A stretch of DNA of 32,000 nt from Mycolicibacterium smegmatis (GTDB lineage Bacteria; Actinomycetota; Actinomycetes; Mycobacteriales; Mycobacteriaceae), in contig NZ_LN831039.1 of assembly GCF_001457595.1 (NCBI RefSeq), positions 4,410,001 through 4,442,000 on the forward strand, written 5' to 3'. The position numbers and the translations under genes were made by a program. This document shows positions 26,708 through 32,000 of the stretch, piece after piece (position 1 is the first letter of the stretch; every line of letters begins with the position of its first letter). The notes beneath the pieces were generated by a model. That model made no database searches, was not told the DNA's origin, and was given only the letters and a program-made list of their open reading frames with translations.

Positions 26708-28486
26708 TCAGCCCGCCTGACCTCCGGGGACCTGCGGCGCGGGGACCCAGGGCAGGCCCGGAATCGTCGGGTACGGCGCCGTCGGGCTCCAGCGCGGCGG
26801 CGTGCTGGTCGGCGCCTCGGTTGTCGTGGGTGCCTCAGTGGTCGTGGGCGCCTCGGTCGTCGGGGGTGCCTCACTGGTCGGCGGCGGCGCTTCCGTGGTC
26901 GGTGGCGGCGTCTCGGCCGGGGGTTCGGCCGGCTGCTCCACCGGTGGCGGCGGCACGGTCTGCACGACGGTTTCTGGGGCGGGCAGCACCTCGGTCACGG
27001 TCTGCACCGGTGCCGGCTGGTCCACTGCCTCCGGTGGTGGCGGAGGCGGGACCTCTTCTGTGGTGGTGACGGGTGTGCTCGTCGAGGCGGGCACGGCCAC
27101 GTCACCGTCGTCGCGGGTGACGGCGAGGGCGACCGCGGCGATCACCGCGACCACCGCGGCGGCACCCGCCCCCACGACGGCCCCGCGCCGTCGGTACCAC
27201 GGTTGCGCGGCGGCCGCATCAGGTTCGGGGTCGGCGAACTGCACCTGCGGGCGCGGACCGTACACCGAGGAGCCCGCTGAGTCGTCCACATACTCGTCGG
27301 GCGGGGCGACATCGGGGACGTCGTCGGCGTCCGACCACGCGAGCGCCTGTGGCGCAGCGGGCGGTTCGGGGGCCATCAGCGCCGCGGCCATGGTCGCGGT
27401 TCCGGTCCCCTCCCCTGTTTCGGCGGGCACCGGTGCCGCCGGTGCGAGCGCGGTCGCGTCGTCGCGGACGGTGCCGCGCACGGCGATCAGGCCGCCGCCG
27501 ATCGCCGCCGTCAGTTCGGGGTGCGGCGCGGTGATCACCGGCACCCGTAGGTGCTCCGAGAGCGTCGTGGTGACGGCAGGGATGCGCGCGCCGCCGCCGA
27601 TGGTGGCGACGGCGGCCAACGCCCCGGGATGTATTCCGTTGCGCTCCAAGGTGTCCTGCAGCACGGCGACGAAATCGGCCAACGGCGCACGCAGCACCTC
27701 GTCGAGTTCGGTGCGGGTGAGCCGCACGTCGGAACGATGCCCGGGCAGTTCGGCGACCAGGTGGGTCGCCGACTCGGTGGACAGGCGCTCTTTGGCGCGG
27801 CGGCATTCCGCGCGCAGCCTGCTCAGGGAGCCGATCGCCGAGGTGCCGGTCAGGTCGATGGTGCCCGCGGCCGACAGGTCGTCGACGACGTGTGTCAGCA
27901 GCGCCTGGTCGATCAGCGCGCCCGACAGGTCAGGGTGACGCACCGTCGCGATCGGTTGATAGCCGTTGTCGGCGTCGGCGAGTGTGATACTGGTGCCGCT
28001 GCCGCCGAAATCGCACACGGCGACGATGCCGCGGGCCGGCACGCCGGGATCGTCCTGCAGGGCGGCCAGCGCCGCGGTGGCGTCGGCGATCAGCGGTGCG
28101 CCGCTCAGCTCGGGGCCGAGCGCGGCGCGCAGCGCCTCCACCTGATCGGGCCGCCAGTGCGCCGGATACGTGACTGCCACCGGGCCCGCCGGGCGGCCCC
28201 GGGTCAGCGCCGCCAGCAGCGCGCCGAGCGCCTCGGCGAGCAGCACCTCGCCGCGGTGCGATGACCCGTCGGCGGCCACGATGCCGACGGGGTCGCCGAC
28301 GCGGTCGACGAAGTCGGTGAGGATCAGGCCCCGCCCGGTGAGGTTGGGGTTCTCGCTGGGCACGCCCACTTCGGAGGGCCGATGGGGATAGCGGGTCAGC
28401 ACCGGTGACCGCGTCACCGCGGCCCTGCCCACCTGCACCGCCGTCAGATTGGTCGCACCAATCGACAGGCCTGTCCCGTCAACCAT
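26708..28486 (-). CDS. Hsp70/actin-fold protein with a TM segment and Pro/Thr-rich C-terminal tail (Rv2264c-like)
   Basis: CDFGGSGTSITLAD and VATIGGGARIPAV motifs; TM (GAVVGAGAAAVVAVIAAVALAV); PPPPPEA...TTEAPTTTEAP tail. Confidence 0.82.
   Translation of the reverse strand: MVDGTGLSIGATNLTAVQVGRAAVTRSPVLTRYPHRPSEVGVPSENPNLTGRGLILTDFVDRVGDPVGIVAADGSSHRGEVLLAEALGALLAALTRGRPAGPVAVTYPAHWRPDQVEALRAALGPELSGAPLIADATAALAALQDDPGVPARGIVAVCDFGGSGTSITLADADNGYQPIATVRHPDLSGALIDQALLTHVVDDLSAAGTIDLTGTSAIGSLSRLRAECRRAKERLSTESATHLVAELPGHRSDVRLTRTELDEVLRAPLADFVAVLQDTLERNGIHPGALAAVATIGGGARIPAVTTTLSEHLRVPVITAPHPELTAAIGGGLIAVRGTVRDDATALAPAAPVPAETGEGTGTATMAAALMAPEPPAAPQALAWSDADDVPDVAPPDEYVDDSAGSSVYGPRPQVQFADPEPDAAAAQPWYRRRGAVVGAGAAAVVAVIAAVALAVTRDDGDVAVPASTSTPVTTTEEVPPPPPPEAVDQPAPVQTVTEVLPAPETVVQTVPPPPVEQPAEPPAETPPPTTEAPPPTSEAPPTTEAPTTTEAPTTTEAPTSTPPRWSPTAPYPTIPGLPWVPAPQVPGGQAG
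26802..26915. repeat. Coding 18/21-bp tandem repeat encoding EAP(T/P)TT units
   Basis: Consecutive units such as GTGGTCGTGGGCGCCTCG in the C-terminal tail coding region. Confidence 0.8.
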
Positions 28487-28550
28487 GTCACCCCCGTTTC
28501 GATGGAAAACCCTATCGGTACTCCATCTCTTTCGACGGGAGAGACGTTAC

Positions 28551-29624
28551 TTAGCGAATGGTTCCCAAGCCTGGAATCAGAGGTAGATCCAGTGGCGTGA
28601 CCCATCCCGGCAAATGTTGGTTGACGGCGGGAACGGCGTTGAGCGCGCGCAGTCCGGTCGCAAGGCACCCGGCCGCGGCGGCGTCGCGGCCGGAGCCGTC
28701 GGTGAAGCGGAACGCCGTCTCCTGCGAGATGGACGGTGCGCCCTCGATGTCGACGCGGTAGACGTCGTTGTCGTTGCCGGTGGGCCAATCGGGCGCGGCG
28801 TCGGCGCCGATGCGGTTGACGTGTTCGAGTTGGATGCGGGTCTCGCCGCGGTAGACGCCGTTGATGGTGAAGCGCACGGCCGCGACGTTGCCTGCCTCGA
28901 TGACGCCCTTGGCGGTCTTGCGATCGTCCGGGGTGACCCACTTGTCCCATGTCGTGGTGATCTCGTCGAGTTCGACGCCCGCGGCGTGGGCGATCATGGG
29001 AACCGTTGCGCCCCAAGCGAAGATGAGGATGTCGGGGCTCTCCAGCAACGGCCGGTGCTCGGGCGGCTTCCCGATGCCCATCTCGAACTCGTAGTCGCCG
29101 GTGTAGTTGGTGTAGTCCAACAGTTCCGACGCCCGCACGCGCCGGACCTCCGAGCACAGGCCCATGAGCGTCATCGGGAACAGATCGTTGGCGAATCCGG
29201 GGTCGATGCCGGTGGTGAAGCACGACGACTGCCCCACCTCGCACGCCTCGGTGATGGGCTCGATCCAGTTGGGCGGGTTGAGATGCATCTTCGGCCAGAC
29301 CCAGGGCGTCATCGCCGTCGAGCACACGTCGATGCCCGCACGCAGAAAACGGGTGATCAGTGCGATGTTCGCGTCGGCCTGCGCCGCGGTGGGACCGTAG
29401 TGCACCAGCGCGTCGGGCTTCAGCGCGATGAGCGCGTCGACGTCGTCGGTGGCGGTGACACCGACCGGTGCGCCCAACCCGCAGATCTCCCCGACGTCCC
29501 GGCCAACCTTGTCAGGGTTGCTGACGCCGACGCCGACGAGTTCGAACAACGGATGCCCGACGATCTCGGCGATCACCATGCTGCCCACGAACCCCGTGCC
29601 CCACACCACGACTCTTTTCTTCAC
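28551..29624 (-). CDS. Dihydrodipicolinate reductase-like NAD(P)-binding protein
   Basis: VKKRVVVWGTGFVGSMVIAEIVGHPLFELVGVGVSNPDKVGRD; GTG start inferred. Confidence 0.8.
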   Translation of the reverse strand: MKKRVVVWGTGFVGSMVIAEIVGHPLFELVGVGVSNPDKVGRDVGEICGLGAPVGVTATDDVDALIALKPDALVHYGPTAAQADANIALITRFLRAGIDVCSTAMTPWVWPKMHLNPPNWIEPITEACEVGQSSCFTTGIDPGFANDLFPMTLMGLCSEVRRVRASELLDYTNYTGDYEFEMGIGKPPEHRPLLESPDILIFAWGATVPMIAHAAGVELDEITTTWDKWVTPDDRKTAKGVIEAGNVAAVRFTINGVYRGETRIQLEHVNRIGADAAPDWPTGNDNDVYRVDIEGAPSISQETAFRFTDGSGRDAAAAGCLATGLRALNAVPAVNQHLPGWVTPLDLPLIPGLGTIR

Positions 29625-29725
29625 GCGCCCACGATAGGTGATGCCGGTCACACCGGGAATCGGGTTCGGTACGTGCAGGGTTCCTCCCAACACCGGGGCA
29701 GCACCGGTCACGAAGGGAAATTCAG

Positions 29726-30484
29726 ATGACTCAAGCCGGCAGCAGCACTCCTCTGGCGGACCGACGCGTACTGGTGACGGGAGGTTCCCGCGGAATCGGC
29801 GCCGGCATCGTCCGTCGTCTCGCGGCCGACGGCGCGGCGGTGGCGTTCACCTACGGCGCCTCGGCGGCCGAAGCCGAAAAACTCGTCGGCGACCTGACCT
29901 CCGAGGGCGCGAAAGTGACTGCGATCCAGGCTGACAGCGCCGATCCCGATCAGGTCGCCGCGGCGGTGTCGCAGGCCGTGGCCGATCTCGGCGGCCTGGA
30001 TGTGCTGGTGAACAACGCCGGTGTGGCGCACGTGGCCCCGGCCGAAGAGTTCACCCGCGAACAGTTCGACCGTCTCGTGAACGTCAACATCGGCGGCGTG
30101 TTCTGGGCGATCCACGCCGCCATCCCGCATTTCGGCGAAGGTTCGCGGATCATCAACATCGGCAGCATCAACGCCGACCGGGTGCCCGCCCCCAACCTGG
30201 GGGTCTACGCGATGACCAAGGGCGCCGTGCAGGCGCTGACCATCGGCCTTGCGCGTGAACTGGGCCCGCGGGGCATCACGATCACCAACGTGCAACCGGG
30301 TCCCATCGACACCGACATGAACCCCGCCGACGGCGGTCTCGCCGAGGTCATGACCTCGGTGACGGCGTTGGGGCGCTACGGCCACGCCGGCGACATCGCG
30401 GCCGTGGTGAGCTTCCTCGCAGGCCCGGAGTCCGGGTATGTCACGGGCGCGAGCTGGAACGTCGACGGCGGGTACACCGCCTGA
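29726..30484 (+). CDS. SDR family oxidoreductase
   Basis: VLVTGGSRGIGAGI, LVNNAG, YAMTK and C-terminal GASWNVDGGYTA motifs. Confidence 0.93.
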   Translation: MTQAGSSTPLADRRVLVTGGSRGIGAGIVRRLAADGAAVAFTYGASAAEAEKLVGDLTSEGAKVTAIQADSADPDQVAAAVSQAVADLGGLDVLVNNAGVAHVAPAEEFTREQFDRLVNVNIGGVFWAIHAAIPHFGEGSRIINIGSINADRVPAPNLGVYAMTKGAVQALTIGLARELGPRGITITNVQPGPIDTDMNPADGGLAEVMTSVTALGRYGHAGDIAAVVSFLAGPESGYVTGASWNVDGGYTA

Positions 30485-31546
30485 TCACAGCACGCTGGGC
30501 GGCGCGGTGGCGGTGTCCTTCAGCCGCGCCTTGAATTGCATTGCGCGGTAGGGCCATCCCGAGTCGGTGTGCCACTGCGACACCACAAGCCCGATTCCGC
30601 CCGTGCGGTCCAGGCGCGATCCCGGCAGCACGTAACCGCCGTACAACTGGGCCACGCGGGAGCCCTCGTGGTGCTCGTCGTGCCAGGCGCACCCGAGCAC
30701 CGGGGTCTGCACTTGCGTGGTGTGCATGTTGGCCACCGGCGAGTCGACCACGCGATATCCCAGCGCGTACCGCGACGCGAAGAACCCGCCGAGGATCCAC
30801 CGGCCGGGTCCCAGGCGGCGGAAACTCAGTTCGCCCCAACGTTCTTCGGCGGGCGTGATGGGGGTGGCGCGTTCGCCCCACTCCCATCGGCGCCCGGTGT
30901 ACCCCCAGCTCACGTAACGCGTGCGGTCACCGATGTGGGCGGGACGCACCCGCATGAGGATGATGCCCTGTTTGCGCTGGAAACCCGTCGCGGCCACGTA
31001 CACCCAACCGTCGTCGGGGTCGTGATCCCACGACCAGCACTGGGCGTGCCCGCCGTGCCACCCGGCCGGGAACTTCGCGCGCTCCCCCAGGTGTTCCCAG
31101 CTCACGCCGCAGTCGTCGGACCGCCAGATCTCGGTCCAGATCACGTTGCCGAAGCCGCGGTTGACGATGGCGTGCAGGTACAGCGAATCCCCCACGCGCA
31201 GCAGATCTGACGGGATGACGGTGCTGATCCCGCCCCGGCGCCAGCCCGAGGCCGCGTCGTCGTGGATGTAGTGCCACAGTTGACGCGCGTACCCGGGATC
31301 GGGGCCGCCCGCGCGTTCGTAGACGATTTCGTGGTCGGCGTCCCCGGTGCCGATCAGCACCACCGGCGAACGCCAATCCCCCTGCCCGACACGGTGGCCC
31401 GCGAAGGTGTCGCCGAACACCGAGACGAGCTTGCCGTCCGGTGCGAGCACCGAGGCGCCCAGGTCGGTGCAGGTGACGCCGAACCTGTCGGTGCGGCCCG
31501 GCCCCGTGATGTCGGCGGCCTTGCCGTTGAGCAGCGGGAGCGTCAC
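30485..31546 (-). CDS. DUF4185 domain-containing protein
   Basis: KLVSVFGDTFAGHRVGQGDWRSPVVL and WTEIWRSDDCGVSWEHLG resemble the DUF4185 family; GTG start. Confidence 0.8.
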   Translation of the reverse strand: MTLPLLNGKAADITGPGRTDRFGVTCTDLGASVLAPDGKLVSVFGDTFAGHRVGQGDWRSPVVLIGTGDADHEIVYERAGGPDPGYARQLWHYIHDDAASGWRRGGISTVIPSDLLRVGDSLYLHAIVNRGFGNVIWTEIWRSDDCGVSWEHLGERAKFPAGWHGGHAQCWSWDHDPDDGWVYVAATGFQRKQGIILMRVRPAHIGDRTRYVSWGYTGRRWEWGERATPITPAEERWGELSFRRLGPGRWILGGFFASRYALGYRVVDSPVANMHTTQVQTPVLGCAWHDEHHEGSRVAQLYGGYVLPGSRLDRTGGIGLVVSQWHTDSGWPYRAMQFKARLKDTATAPPSVL

Positions 31547-31556
31547 CCCGCGCCCA

Positions 31557-32000
31557 CTACGTGCACAGACGCAGGCCCCAGGGCTCGCAGTCGAGCGGAT
31601 AGGTCTTCACCGGCATGGGCAGCGGCTCCTTGAAGGTCAGCGTGAACGGGAACCGGTGGATGGCCGGCGCCAGCCCGCACACCGCGGTGTTGGACACCTC
31701 GCGGGTTCCGGTCAGCGCGACGTCGTCGAAACGATAGGTCTCCACGATCGGCGCCCAGCTGCCGTCGGAGCACTTGATGCCCTCTTTGATGTTCGTGGAG
31801 AACTGCCACATGCCGCCCGCCATCTTGGCGTCGCCGCCGCTGACCCCGGGCGAGCCCTGCACGTGCAGCACGCACGCCACCGGCAGGTACAGCGGTTCAC
31901 GCAGATCCCCGACCACCGGGACGCACGACGGGTAGATGGTCCACGTCGCGGCGCCCAGACCCTCCTGGTTGTAGTTGAAGACGCCCTGGATCACCGGGTC
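31557..32000 (-). CDS. Conserved hypothetical, probably exported protein; 5' end outside the window
   Basis: Frame open through the window edge; several cysteines (PSCVPV, ACVLHV, IKCSDG, AVCGLA, LDCEPWGLRLCT). Confidence 0.7.
   Translation of the reverse strand, partial: DPVIQGVFNYNQEGLGAATWTIYPSCVPVVGDLREPLYLPVACVLHVQGSPGVSGGDAKMAGGMWQFSTNIKEGIKCSDGSWAPIVETYRFDDVALTGTREVSNTAVCGLAPAIHRFPFTLTFKEPLPMPVKTYPLDCEPWGLRLCT

Noticed and set aside
28614-29729. 371-aa plus-strand ORF
   Set aside because: Antisense to the dihydrodipicolinate reductase-like gene; no domain motifs.
1-32000. Prophage, transposon, toxin-antitoxin or defence island
   Set aside because: No transposase, integrase, phage structural, nuclease/helicase defence or TA genes recognised; gene order looks like conserved mycobacterial backbone.

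Overview
This 32 kb window is high-GC actinobacterial chromosome. Protein content and gene order match a fast-growing mycobacterium, most likely Mycolicibacterium smegmatis; that species call is recall, not a database search. Left side: 3' end of aceE, the MabR-type regulator, then the FAS-II mycolic acid operon fabD-acpM-kasA-kasB-accD6, closed by a perfect 22-bp hairpin. Next come a divergent SDR/LysR pair, glpD with an overlapping TetR gene, a divergent FAD-linked oxidase (alkyl-DHAP synthase-like) followed by a diacylglycerol kinase-like gene, a DUF3145 gene, a beta-lactamase-like serine hydrolase, a SAM methyltransferase, a LuxR-type regulator, mscR-like alcohol dehydrogenase plus an MBL-fold gene, a StyA-like FAD monooxygenase, SHOCT and LapA-domain membrane proteins, a SABATH-like carboxyl methyltransferase, a TPP enzyme, an Hsp70-like protein with a Pro/Thr-rich tail, a dihydrodipicolinate reductase-like protein, an SDR and a DUF4185 protein. 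I found no CRISPR array, tRNA/rRNA, transposase, prophage or recognisable defence island. I do not see a clearly new multi-gene system. The most notable points are: a perfect MabR-type operator upstream of fabD; a 17-bp divergent gap at 12.39 kb with overlapping -10 hexamers; a single-codon change (CTC for an expected CAC) in the zinc motif of the MBL partner of mscR; a truncated AzlD-like remnant overlapping the LysR 3' end; a repeat-rich 361-bp intergenic region at 21.2-21.5 kb; and a SABATH-type methyltransferase in a bacterial setting.
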